Below, piece after piece: positions 20,513 to 29,617 of a stretch of 64,000 nt of DNA. Source of the DNA: Elusimicrobiota bacterium (lineage in GTDB: Bacteria > CG03 > SLGR01 > JAGXOG01); assembly GCA_051745145.1 (NCBI GenBank), contig JBNJDT010000006.1, forward strand, positions 2,545 to 66,544. Direction: 5' to 3'. The translations under genes and the position numbers were made by a program. How positions within the stretch are numbered: position 1 is the stretch's first letter; each line of letters starts with the position of its first letter. The notes beneath the pieces were generated by a model. That model was given only the letters and a program-made list of their open reading frames with translations. It ran no database searches and was not told where the DNA came from.

Positions 20513-20899
20513 TTACTCATAGGCAGCCATATACGTTACTAACCTGCTGCTGCTGGAGCCTTCTGAAGTTTCCCAGGTAACTTCAACTTCTATCTCTTTT
20601 AAACCGTTTTCTATTTCTATTACCTTCACCGACCGGGTAAATTTTTTGTTTTTTCCGAGAACTTCGGTTTCACTGCTCCAGGTGCCGGTACTCAGGTCGG
20701 TATAATAATAGGACTTTACCTCTTCCATTTTATCTGCCGCCCAGCTGGAGGCCAGGGTTCTTAAGTTAGTTTCATTTAAAGCAATATTATTTTTGATAAA
20801 CAGTTGAGCGAAAGCCGTTGATATAATACTGATTATTGCCACCGCTAACATAATTTCAATATAAGTTATACCCCGGTTATACTTTCGTTTAAAATTCAT
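20513..20899 (-). CDS. Type IV minor pilin, PilV/GspI-like
   Basis: RG|ITYIEIMLAVAII class III signal; LASSWAADKMEE; KEIEVEVTW. Confidence 0.82.
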   Translation of the reverse strand: MNFKRKYNRGITYIEIMLAVAIISIISTAFAQLFIKNNIALNETNLRTLASSWAADKMEEVKSYYYTDLSTGTWSSETEVLGKNKKFTRSVKVIEIENGLKEIEVEVTWETSEGSSSSRLVTYMAAYE

Positions 20900-20908
20900 G
20901 GTATTATA

Positions 20909-20937
20909 ATATTAACTTACAAAGTAAGTTTATTCAA
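20909..20937 (-). promoter_or_regulatory. Putative sigma70 promoter TTGAAT-N17-TAATAT with a 7-bp palindrome in the spacer, upstream of the pilin cassette
   Basis: Minus strand: TTGAAT (20937-20932), TAATAT (20914-20909); AACTTAC-AAA-GTAAGTT at 20914-20930. Confidence 0.45.
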
Positions 20938-20951
20938 TAAGTAAAAAATTT

Positions 20952-21368
20952 TTAGCCTATTGTAACTTCACCGGATGCAGCTACTTTTTCATCTACTAAT
21001 ACCTGACCGCTGAATTTAAAAGTACCTTTTTTTTCCTCTTCAAGATTGACCTGTATCTCTATTATATCATCGGGCTGAATAGTATGACGGAATTTTACTT
21101 TATTTACGCTCTTTAATTTTAAATCATCCCGTTTCATCACCGCCATTGCTGTCTGGGCTATGCTCTCTATTATAATCACCCCCGGCATAACCGGTCGTTC
21201 GGGGAAATGTCCCTCAAAAAAATAGTCATCGTAAGTTAACTTTTTTATACCCCGGCCCTTTTTCCCCACTTCTTTAATATATACCCTATCAATAAACAGA
21301 TAGGGAGGGGCATAGGGGAGAATTTCTTTAAGTTGCCGGTTTTTTAATAATTCTTCTTTTTTTCTCAT
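20952..21368 (-). CDS. fabZ: 3-hydroxyacyl-ACP dehydratase FabZ
   Basis: FFEGHFPERPVMPGVIIIESIAQ, VKFRHTIQPDD hot-dog fold. Confidence 0.88.
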   Translation of the reverse strand: MRKKEELLKNRQLKEILPYAPPYLFIDRVYIKEVGKKGRGIKKLTYDDYFFEGHFPERPVMPGVIIIESIAQTAMAVMKRDDLKLKSVNKVKFRHTIQPDDIIEIQVNLEEEKKGTFKFSGQVLVDEKVAASGEVTIG

Positions 21369-21387
21369 ATTTTTATCCTTTTTTAAA

Positions 21388-21416
21388 ATTATATATAATT
21401 ACTACCGCCTTATCAA
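21388..21416 (-). promoter_or_regulatory. sigma70 promoter upstream of fabZ
   Basis: TTGATA (21416-21411), 17-nt spacer, TATAAT (21393-21388), followed by AAGGA SD. Confidence 0.6.
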
Positions 21417-21582
21417 TCCGGCAAATTTTATTTTTTCCTCTTATTTTTCACAGCCGGTAATATTAAAAATAATAATTATACCGGGATCTATTCTCTTATA
21501 AAATACAACCTTAATTTATTTTAGCCTGTTTTAACAGAAGTGTAACCGGCGCAACTAAATACTGTATCCTTACCGGTACTAA

Positions 21583-23259
21583 TTATTGATTTTTTTGTAT
21601 TTTAGCCCAGGTATCTTTTAAAGGCACTATACGGTTAAACACGGGATTATCTTTGCTGTAATCTTTTAAATCCGCGCTGTAATATCCCTGGCGAAAAAAC
21701 TGTACTCTTTTTCCGGGTTTAAACTTTTGGACGGCGGCCTCGGCTACAGCTCTATTGTTCACGGTCAGGGAGTTTTCATTTAAATTATCGGTATACTCCC
21801 CTCCGTCTTCTGTCTTTTCCGGATTAATAACATCGAACAACCGGTCGTAATTTCTGATTTTTATATTTACGGCCTCTTTAGCACTTACCCAGTGCAGGGT
21901 CCCCTTAACTTTGTGGCCGTCCGGATTCCACCCGCCCCTGGAATCGGGGTCGTGAGTACACCGCAGTTCCTTTATCTTTCCCGTCTTTTCATCTTTTACA
22001 ACTTCCCGGCAGGTAATATAATAGGCATGCTTGAGACGCACTTCTTTATCCGGATACAGCCGGAAAAACTTTTCATCGGGATCTTCCTGAAAATCTTCTC
22101 TTTCTATATACAATTCCTTAGTAAAAGTGACTTCTCTTTTACCCGCCGACTTATCCTCGGGATTGTTTTCCACTTCAAATTTTTCCGATTTATCTTCCGG
22201 ATAATCGGTAATTACTACTTTCACAGGATCCAGTATAACAAAAACCCTGTCCGCAGTCTTATTTAAGTTATCTCTCACGCAGTGTTCCAGTAAAGCTATA
22301 TCGACTCTGGAGTTAGCTTTGGATACACCGATTTTATCACAAAAATCTCTTATAGCCGCCGGAGGATATCCCCTTCTCCTCATACCCGATAAAGTGGGCA
22401 TCCGGGGGTCGTCCCATCCATTTACATAATTTTCATCTACAAGTTTGCTTAATTTTCTTTTACTTAACACAGTATAACTTAAATTCAATCTGGCAAATTC
22501 AATCTGGCGGGGATGGTACATTTCCAGTTTTTCAAGGAACCAGTTATACAATGGCCTGTGATCTTCAAATTCAAGGGTACACAGGGAATGAGTTATTTTT
22601 TCAATAGAATCTTCAAGACCGTGAGCCCAATCGTAAGTGGGGTATATATTCCACTCATCTTCTGTCCGGGGATGGCTTTGGTCCACAATACGGTACATAA
22701 TAGGATCCCTCATATTCAAATTCCCCGAGCCCATATCTATTTTTGCTCTTAAGACCTTCTGGCCTTCGGCGAATTTGCCGTTTTTCATATCTTTAAAAAG
22801 CTCAAGATTTTCCTGAACGCTTCTCTTTCGGTGGGGGCTGTTTTTTCCGGGCCGGGTAAGAGTTCCCCGGTATTCTCTTATCTTCTCGGGGCTTAAATCA
22901 TCCACGTAAGCATCCCCTTTTTCAATCAACTTCAGAGCGTACTCATACATTTCTTGAAAATAATCCGATGCAAAACACAACTCATCCCACTTAAACCCCA
23001 GCCATTTTACATCTTCAATTATGGAATTTATAAATTCTTCTTCCTCTTTTTCGGGATTGGTATCGTCAAATCTTAAATTACAGGTCCCCTCATAATCCCG
23101 GGCAATTGTAAAGTTAAGACATATCGATTTTGCATGTCCTATATGCAGATAGCCGTTGGGCTCGGGCGGAAAACGGGTGGCTATTCGCCCGCTGTATTTA
23201 TCTTCGCTCCGGTCCCGCTCAATTATTTCATATATAAAATTTTTATATTTAGGAGTCAT
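21583..23259 (-). CDS. glnS: Glutamine--tRNA ligase
   Basis: TRFPPEPNGYLHIGHAKSICLNF, LRFDDTNPEKE, YPTYDWAH, VLSKR, GTLHWVSA. Confidence 0.97.
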   Translation of the reverse strand: MTPKYKNFIYEIIERDRSEDKYSGRIATRFPPEPNGYLHIGHAKSICLNFTIARDYEGTCNLRFDDTNPEKEEEEFINSIIEDVKWLGFKWDELCFASDYFQEMYEYALKLIEKGDAYVDDLSPEKIREYRGTLTRPGKNSPHRKRSVQENLELFKDMKNGKFAEGQKVLRAKIDMGSGNLNMRDPIMYRIVDQSHPRTEDEWNIYPTYDWAHGLEDSIEKITHSLCTLEFEDHRPLYNWFLEKLEMYHPRQIEFARLNLSYTVLSKRKLSKLVDENYVNGWDDPRMPTLSGMRRRGYPPAAIRDFCDKIGVSKANSRVDIALLEHCVRDNLNKTADRVFVILDPVKVVITDYPEDKSEKFEVENNPEDKSAGKREVTFTKELYIEREDFQEDPDEKFFRLYPDKEVRLKHAYYITCREVVKDEKTGKIKELRCTHDPDSRGGWNPDGHKVKGTLHWVSAKEAVNIKIRNYDRLFDVINPEKTEDGGEYTDNLNENSLTVNNRAVAEAAVQKFKPGKRVQFFRQGYYSADLKDYSKDNPVFNRIVPLKDTWAKIQKNQ

Positions 23260-23283
23260 ATTTTTTTGCTTTCTATAGTTACT

Positions 23284-23616
23284 TTAATTTTCTTCATCGG
23301 ATTTTTGCCCGTCTTCTTCTTTTTTTTCTGTTTCTTTATTACTGTCTTCAATCTCATTGGCATAGGTAAGCTGCAAATTAGTGACCGTAGTACCCAGAAT
23401 GTCTTTCTCTTTTTTAGTTAAATTTCCCTCGGTTTTCTCCGAAAGCATCTGCAGCATATCAATGTAGGTTTTGGCCATATCCAGGTTTTTTTCCACTTCC
23501 CCGGTCTGAGGATTAGAAATTTTCCCCAGCCCCACAAGAGCTGTCTGAGAAAATGACATTACCATATTGGAAAATTTTTCGTCAATTTTCTCGTCTGGAT
23601 TTTTTTGTTCGTTCAT
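23284..23616 (-). CDS. DUF1844 family protein
   Basis: ALVGLGKISNP, AKTYIDMLQMLSEKTEGNLT signature. Confidence 0.85.
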   Translation of the reverse strand: MNEQKNPDEKIDEKFSNMVMSFSQTALVGLGKISNPQTGEVEKNLDMAKTYIDMLQMLSEKTEGNLTKKEKDILGTTVTNLQLTYANEIEDSNKETEKKEEDGQKSDEEN

Positions 23617-23701
23617 AATTTCCTCCTTACTATAATAATTTCTTAAGTTCTAATTAATACCTATTCTTATTTTTTGCCGTCCAGTCGTAAAACCGGTTTT
23701 A

Positions 23702-25120
23702 TTAAACTAAATTGTTAATTGTATACTCTATCCGCTCTATTACTTTTTGACGTCCTAAAATCTCCAGCATTTCAAAAGCGCCGGGGCCTTCCATCCTCCC
23801 GGAGACCGCTACTCTTACAGGATGTAATATTTTACCGGCCCCTATATCTTTCTTTTTACAATAATCTCTTAATTTATTTTCCAATTCTTTCTTTTCAAAC
23901 CGGCTTACATTTTTAAAAATTTTGAGCATATCTTCAAGTATTTCCCGGACTCCTTCTTTTTTCAATCTCTTCTCAACAGCGTCCTCTCTGTAATCAAAAT
24001 TATCTTTTATGAGAAAATTGATCCTGCCCGGAATATCACTTAATACTTCTATCTTCTTTTTTTCTGCTTTTAAAGCTCTTAACACCTTCTCTTTTTGTTC
24101 TTCCGGATTAATATCCGCCTTCTCTAACCAGGGGATAGCTTTTTCATATAACTGCTCAACGTTAAGATTTCTTATATGTTTCCCATTTATCCAGTCAAGT
24201 TTTTCCCGGTCAAAAATACCCGAAGAGGAATTACACCGTTTTATATCAAATTTTCGGATAAGTTCTTCTTCGGTAAATAACTGCTGGGAATCACTGGTTG
24301 ACCAGCCCAAAAGAGCAAGATAATTTTTAAGGGCACCGGGCAGATATCCTTCCTTTCTGTATTCCTCTAAAGAGACCGCCCCGGTACGTTTGGAAAGTTT
24401 TTTACCGTCTTCGCCGTGTACCTGGGGGAGATGGGCAAATTTTGGCAAATCAATACCCAGAGCTTCATAAATCAAAATCTGTTTGGGAGTATTTGAAATA
24501 TGATCATCTCCCCGTATAACATGGGAAATATTTAAATCGGCGTCATCTGCCACACAGGCAAAATTATAGGTGGGCATGCCATCGGATTTAAGAATAATAA
24601 AATCCGATAAAGTCCCGGAATCTATCTGGATTTCCCCTTTCACCAGATCTTTAAAAACTATATTCCGGTTTTCGGGGGTCTTTAACCGGTAGACAAAATC
24701 CCGGTCTTCTTTCTTATATTTTTCTTCATCTTCTTTAGAAAGATTCCTGCATTTACCCGAATAACCCCCGGGACCATTCTGAGACTGTTTTTCCTCTTCT
24801 AACTCTTTGGAAGTACAGTAACATTTATATACCGCATCTTTTTCAATTAATTTTTCCAGAAAATTGTAATATATTTTCTCCCGCCGGCTCTGATAGTAAG
24901 GCCCTTCGTCCGGTTCCATGCCCAGCCACTCCATTCCCGATAAAATAGCCCGGGTGTAGTTATCCCGGGACCGGTCTGTATCGGTATCTTCAATTCTCAA
25001 TATAAATTTACCCCCGCAATGCCTGGCGTAAAGATAATTGTAAAGAGCCGTGCGCACCCCCCCTATATGCAGGTATCCCGTGGGGGAAGGGGCAAACCTG
25101 ACTCGTATTTTAGTTGACAA
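23702..25120 (-). CDS. gltX: Glutamate--tRNA ligase
   Basis: RVRFAPSPTGYLHIGG, LRIEDTD, HVIRGDDH, KLSKR. Confidence 0.97.
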   Translation of the reverse strand: MSTKIRVRFAPSPTGYLHIGGVRTALYNYLYARHCGGKFILRIEDTDTDRSRDNYTRAILSGMEWLGMEPDEGPYYQSRREKIYYNFLEKLIEKDAVYKCYCTSKELEEEKQSQNGPGGYSGKCRNLSKEDEEKYKKEDRDFVYRLKTPENRNIVFKDLVKGEIQIDSGTLSDFIILKSDGMPTYNFACVADDADLNISHVIRGDDHISNTPKQILIYEALGIDLPKFAHLPQVHGEDGKKLSKRTGAVSLEEYRKEGYLPGALKNYLALLGWSTSDSQQLFTEEELIRKFDIKRCNSSSGIFDREKLDWINGKHIRNLNVEQLYEKAIPWLEKADINPEEQKEKVLRALKAEKKKIEVLSDIPGRINFLIKDNFDYREDAVEKRLKKEGVREILEDMLKIFKNVSRFEKKELENKLRDYCKKKDIGAGKILHPVRVAVSGRMEGPGAFEMLEILGRQKVIERIEYTINNLV

Positions 25121-25991
25121 TTTTATTTAACGGGTATTCTATAATTCCCTGGGCCCCGGCCCGTTTTAATCTGGGGAGTATCTCTTTCACTTTACTTTCT
25201 TTTATAACCACTTCCAGGGCAACCCAGCCGTCAACGGTCAGTTCGGAAACGGTGGGCTTTTTCAGGGAAGGTAAAATATCTATGATTGCCTCAATTTTTT
25301 CTTTTTCAATATTCATTTTAAGCCCGACCATGCTTTCAGCTCTCACCGCGGAAAGCAACAGCGTCGCCAGGTTTTCAAGTTTCTTTTTCTTCCAGGGATC
25401 TTTATAGGCTTCCTTGTTAGCTACCAGGCGGGTTGTGGAAGTAAGTATCTCTTCTACAACTTTGAGATTATTAGCTCTGAGAGAACTCCCGGTCTCGGTA
25501 AGCTCCACTATCCCGTCGCAGAGAACTCCCGGTTTAACTTCCGTAGCTCCCCAGCTGAATTCTACTTCACAGGTTATATCTTTTTGGTCTAAATACCGGG
25601 TCACATAGTTTTTCAGTTCAGTGGCTACCCTTTTGCCTTCCAGATCTTCCACTGAGTTTATATCTGAATCTTCAGGAACCGCCAGAACCCACCTTACCGG
25701 TCTAAAACCGCTTTTGGCGTAAATAAGTTCACAGACTTCTTCGACCTGAGCATTATTTTCTTTCAACCAGTCCCATCCGCAAAGCCCCCCGTCAAATACT
25801 CCTTTTTCTATGTACCGGCCCATCTCCTGGGGACGGATTAACATCAGTTCCAGATCGTCATCATCCGAAGACGGATAATAAGATCTTTTATCGGAAAGAT
25901 ATATATTTATCCCTCCTTTCCTAAATATTTCTATTGTAGATTCCTGTAAACTTCCTTTGGGCAACGCAAATTTTAATTTATTACTACTCAT
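25110..25991 (-). CDS. hisG: ATP phosphoribosyltransferase (long form)
   Basis: LPKGSLQ, SWGATE, ELTETGSSLRANNL, C-terminal regulatory domain KPTVSEL. Confidence 0.95.
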   Translation of the reverse strand: MSSNKLKFALPKGSLQESTIEIFRKGGINIYLSDKRSYYPSSDDDDLELMLIRPQEMGRYIEKGVFDGGLCGWDWLKENNAQVEEVCELIYAKSGFRPVRWVLAVPEDSDINSVEDLEGKRVATELKNYVTRYLDQKDITCEVEFSWGATEVKPGVLCDGIVELTETGSSLRANNLKVVEEILTSTTRLVANKEAYKDPWKKKKLENLATLLLSAVRAESMVGLKMNIEKEKIEAIIDILPSLKKPTVSELTVDGWVALEVVIKESKVKEILPRLKRAGAQGIIEYPLNKIVN

Positions 25992-26052
25992 AATTTAGTT
26001 TATCTCCATTCCATTTTCTCAACTTTCTTATTTTTCTATTCCTTTACTCTTC

Positions 26053-26622
26053 TTACCGGGGTTTATACACTGTTTCCATTATATAAACCGGTTGAACTGT
26101 TTTCCAGCTTTTAAAGCTGTTACTATTTTGATCAATTTTTACAACCTCTTTTAAAACTTCCCCGGCATTAACGTCAACTTTACCCCCGTCAATATCGGGA
26201 TGTTCAGTTCCGCTGATAATGCTGTATTCTGATATTCTTGTACCGGCATCGTCATACCGGGCCGTAAAGTATTTATCCCTGTATGCCTTTAAAACCGGAT
26301 TACTGACTTTCATACCCATAATATCTAATAGAGAAAATCCGTATACCGGAATATCAAGATACTGTCCCAGAGTCATAATACAGCTCAGGCCCACTCTAAT
26401 TCCGGTAAATGAACCAGGACCTTTTCCGGCCCCCAGAATATCCAGGTTCTCAAAATTAAGATTACTTTCCTCCAAAACATATTTAACAGTAGGCAACAGT
26501 TTTTCGGAATGTTTCCGCCCCGGCACAACTTCTTTCGCCAGCACTTTTTTATTCCTTCCCGCTACTGCTAAAAAATTATCAGTGGAGGTATCTATTACAA
26601 GAAAATTTTTATCCTTTTTCAA
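26053..26622 (-). CDS. tsaB: tRNA t6A biosynthesis protein TsaB
   Basis: LVIDTST, HSEKLLP, GKGPGSFTGIRVG. Confidence 0.92.
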   Translation of the reverse strand: MKKDKNFLVIDTSTDNFLAVAGRNKKVLAKEVVPGRKHSEKLLPTVKYVLEESNLNFENLDILGAGKGPGSFTGIRVGLSCIMTLGQYLDIPVYGFSLLDIMGMKVSNPVLKAYRDKYFTARYDDAGTRISEYSIISGTEHPDIDGGKVDVNAGEVLKEVVKIDQNSNSFKSWKTVQPVYIMETVYKPR

Positions 26623-27037
26623 ATATCTTTATCTTTCTTTCGGTTTTAGATTTTACTTTTATTCTTACTACGATAGCCCCCTCGGGCCACAGCTGCTCAA
26701 CCCGGTCTGCCCATTCGATCACCGTAACCGTCTCCGGGTTTAAAATTTCAGGCCAGTCTAATCCATAAACTTCTTCAGTTTTACTTAACCTGTAAAGATC
26801 CACATGGGTTAAAACTGGCTCTTTCCTACCGTAAGTCTTTATAAGTTGGTATGTGGGGCTGATTATTTTCTCTTTTACGCCCAGCTCCTTTCCCATCCCC
26901 TGGATAAAGGTAGTCTTACCCGCCCCGAGTTCGCCGCATAACATCAAATTTTCAGAGCCTGCAAGTTTCCCGGCCAACCTTTTTCCCAGCTCAAATGTAG
27001 CACCTGCCCCGGCGGTTACTCTACAAATTCTTTCCAC
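26609..27037 (-). CDS. tsaE: tRNA t6A biosynthesis ATPase TsaE
   Basis: GELGAGKTT, SPTY, HVDLYRL, IEWAD. Confidence 0.95.
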   Translation of the reverse strand: MERICRVTAGAGATFELGKRLAGKLAGSENLMLCGELGAGKTTFIQGMGKELGVKEKIISPTYQLIKTYGRKEPVLTHVDLYRLSKTEEVYGLDWPEILNPETVTVIEWADRVEQLWPEGAIVVRIKVKSKTERKIKIFEKG

Positions 27038-27141
27038 AGCTAAAAGAGTTTTCCACAGGTTCTTAACAGGTTAATAACTGTCTATTTCTCGACAATAATT
27101 TTATTTTTAACTATAAGTTATTAACTTTTGTCAGTATATAT

Positions 27142-27390
27142 TTATTCTTTATCTTCTTCTTCTTCGAAGTCTTCCTCTTCCAGTTTCTCTTCTTCAAGCT
27201 GGGCGGCTTTTTTATCTTTCATACTGGATATCCCTGCGGCAATAGCTACAAGTCCCACTAAAATTAAAAAAGGAGGCACCGAACCCTGAAGAACTGTTAA
27301 AAACGGTCCCCAGGCAGAACCCAATACCCCCGGCACCAGCCACAAAACTCCTATTACAACGCCAGCTAAACCAAATAAAACACTCAACAT
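27142..27390 (-). CDS. Small two-TM hypothetical protein with acidic tail
   Basis: Strong SD (AAGGAGG); two hydrophobic segments; C-terminal E/D run. Confidence 0.75.
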   Translation of the reverse strand: MLSVLFGLAGVVIGVLWLVPGVLGSAWGPFLTVLQGSVPPFLILVGLVAIAAGISSMKDKKAAQLEEEKLEEEDFEEEEDKE

Positions 27391-27447
27391 AATTTTTCCT
27401 CCTTAAAGAGCTGATTTTACTAAGCTCTGTTCAAACAAACTGCTCAC

Positions 27448-28932
27448 TTAATATATATTTCCTAAACTATTTAACAAACTTGCCGGTGAAGTAAATTTTT
27501 CACCGTAATGCCAGGCACTTATATCTCCGGCCCGGCCGTGTATCCAAACCCCCATTTTGCAACTTTCCATTAATTTAAAACCCTGTCCTATAAGCGACCC
27601 CGTTATCCCGGACAGAATATCTCCGGTACCCCCGGTGGCCATCCCCGGATTACCGGTGGAATTTACAAAAGCCATATTGCCGTCGGTTACAACAGTTCTG
27701 TATCCTTTTAATACGGTTGTACACTTATATTCCCTGGAAAAATTTTTCGCCGACTCTATTCTGTTTTCAAGTAACTTTTCTGTATTTGTATCAAGTAACC
27801 TGGCCATCTCCCCGGGATGAGGGGTTATAACCGTCGGATTCGTTCTTTTCTTTAATATTTTTTTATTGCCGGCTAAATTATTTAAGCCGTCTGCATCTAT
27901 AACCACAGGTTTTTTAATTTTCTGCAATAATTTATAAACTAAATTTCGGGTACTTTTTTCAGTTCCCATACCCGGCCCCAGAACTAACGCATCAACACCT
28001 CTTTGGTCTATAAATTTCTTTATTCTCTCAAAATTTTCTAAACTCAAAAAACCGGCCTTATCTTCCGCCAAACTCAACGACATGGCACTGAGTATATTAT
28101 TGGAAACCGAAGCTGCTAAGCTCTCTGGAATTCCCGCGGTTACCAGCCCCGCGCCGGTATTAAGTGCCCCCTTTGCCGCCATCAGCACAGCTCCGTCCAT
28201 GCCCGGTGATCCCCCGATAATTAAAACATGTCCGTAATCTTTTTTATGGGTTTTCCGGTTCCTTTTAGAAAAATAACCGTCACATTCCCTGCGGGTTATA
28301 AATTCAATATTTTCCAGATAATTATCCGGATAAATTCCAAGCCCGATATCTATATTTTCCAGACTGCCGGTATATTCACTGCCCGGGAATTTATAGTGTC
28401 CCAGTTTTGGATAGCCGAATGTAACTGTACAATCGGCCCGGACCCCGCAATTATCAGCTTCTCCGGTATTACCGTCAACCCCTGTGGGTATATCACAGGC
28501 TAAGATTATTTTACTTTTTTTATTTATTATTTCAAGAATATTTTTTAGAGGATCTCTTAGAGGCGGAGAAAAACCGGTTCCCAGCAGGCAGTCGACTACA
28601 ATCTTCTTTCGGTCTAAACTATAACTTAAATTTTCCTTATCCAGTCTTTTTACCGGTACCCTTAATTTTTCGGCCTGTTTTTTTGCCAGTCCTTTTAAAT
28701 TGCTTTTGGCAAATATCTCGACTTCCACATTGCGATTATCCAGATATCTTGCCGCAACCAGGCCGTCCCCTCCGTTATTCCCGCTGCCGCATACAAAACA
28801 TACCGGCAATTCAGGAAATTTTTCTTCAATAAAATTTGCCATCCCCCGTCCTGCACGTTCCATTAAAATTTCTGCTTTAACCGGTGAATCTTTATCTAAC
28901 CGGCTCATTTCCCGGGCGGTAATTATTTTCAT
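27448..28932 (-). CDS. nnr: Bifunctional NAD(P)HX epimerase/dehydratase
   Basis: CGSGNNGGDG, DCLLGTG, DIPTG; GPGMG, DADGLN, ITPHPGEM, LKG, GMATGGTGD. Confidence 0.95.
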   Translation of the reverse strand: MKIITAREMSRLDKDSPVKAEILMERAGRGMANFIEEKFPELPVCFVCGSGNNGGDGLVAARYLDNRNVEVEIFAKSNLKGLAKKQAEKLRVPVKRLDKENLSYSLDRKKIVVDCLLGTGFSPPLRDPLKNILEIINKKSKIILACDIPTGVDGNTGEADNCGVRADCTVTFGYPKLGHYKFPGSEYTGSLENIDIGLGIYPDNYLENIEFITRRECDGYFSKRNRKTHKKDYGHVLIIGGSPGMDGAVLMAAKGALNTGAGLVTAGIPESLAASVSNNILSAMSLSLAEDKAGFLSLENFERIKKFIDQRGVDALVLGPGMGTEKSTRNLVYKLLQKIKKPVVIDADGLNNLAGNKKILKKRTNPTVITPHPGEMARLLDTNTEKLLENRIESAKNFSREYKCTTVLKGYRTVVTDGNMAFVNSTGNPGMATGGTGDILSGITGSLIGQGFKLMESCKMGVWIHGRAGDISAWHYGEKFTSPASLLNSLGNIY

Positions 28933-29306
28933 ACTTTCTCCTTAAACACTGCAAAAGCAACAGCGTATTTGGCTTCATGGGAAATACTGACACTGTAATT
29001 TAAATTTTTTCTTTTTATTAATTCCATTATATTACTCTCCCGGGATATTTTTGGCCTGCCGGTACTGTCGTTTAGAATTTCGATATCTTTCCAAAAAAAT
29101 TTTTCGGTTTTGCTGTTAAGAGCCTTGTATACCGCTTCCTTGGCTGCAAATCTACCGGCCACGTGTATATCACTATTCTTAAATGAGTTACAGTACTCTA
29201 ATTCCCTATCAGTTAATATCTTCTCTTTAAAATTTTTCCGGTTCTTTAAAATATCAGTAATTCTTTGGACCCTTACTATATCGGTACCCGTTCTTAAAAA
29301 TGTCAT
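28929..29306 (-). CDS. acpS: Holo-ACP synthase
   Basis: GTDIV, AGRFAAKEAVYKAL, VSISHE. Confidence 0.95.
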   Translation of the reverse strand: MTFLRTGTDIVRVQRITDILKNRKNFKEKILTDRELEYCNSFKNSDIHVAGRFAAKEAVYKALNSKTEKFFWKDIEILNDSTGRPKISRESNIMELIKRKNLNYSVSISHEAKYAVAFAVFKEKV

Positions 29307-29617
29307 TTAACCTTACCGGTCTGGGGATCATATTCCCACTTTGTATTTCCGTAATCGGGGATTTTATCCAGATAATCTTTTTCAACCAGTTCCTTAAGAC
29401 TATTTGGCAGCCTGTTCTCCTTATTTTTAAAAATTTCTATTGACGTCTCCAGCATATTTATATTGGCCCGGCGGGTGATTTCGGGAATATTATTTTCGGT
29501 CTCTTTGGCAGCCGGTTTTTGAGAAGAATCAGCTTCATCATTTTTCGCTAAATACGTATAATGATATCCCCAGTAAACACCGGCAAAAATCACAAGAACT
29601 ACAAAGCCCTTTTTCAT
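29303..29617 (-). CDS. Small GspG/pseudopilin-like protein
   Basis: KG|FVVLV N-terminal TM; LPNSLKELVEKDYLDKIP...WEYDPQTG resembles a pseudopilin C-domain. Confidence 0.5.
   Translation of the reverse strand: MKKGFVVLVIFAGVYWGYHYTYLAKNDEADSSQKPAAKETENNIPEITRRANINMLETSIEIFKNKENRLPNSLKELVEKDYLDKIPDYGNTKWEYDPQTGKVK

Noticed and set aside
27030-27057. Two DnaA-box-like 9-mers (CTTTCCACA, TTTTCCACA), plus single matches near 55774 and 60831
   Set aside because: Several matches are expected by chance in 64 kb of AT-rich DNA; no dnaA/dnaN or box cluster typical of oriC
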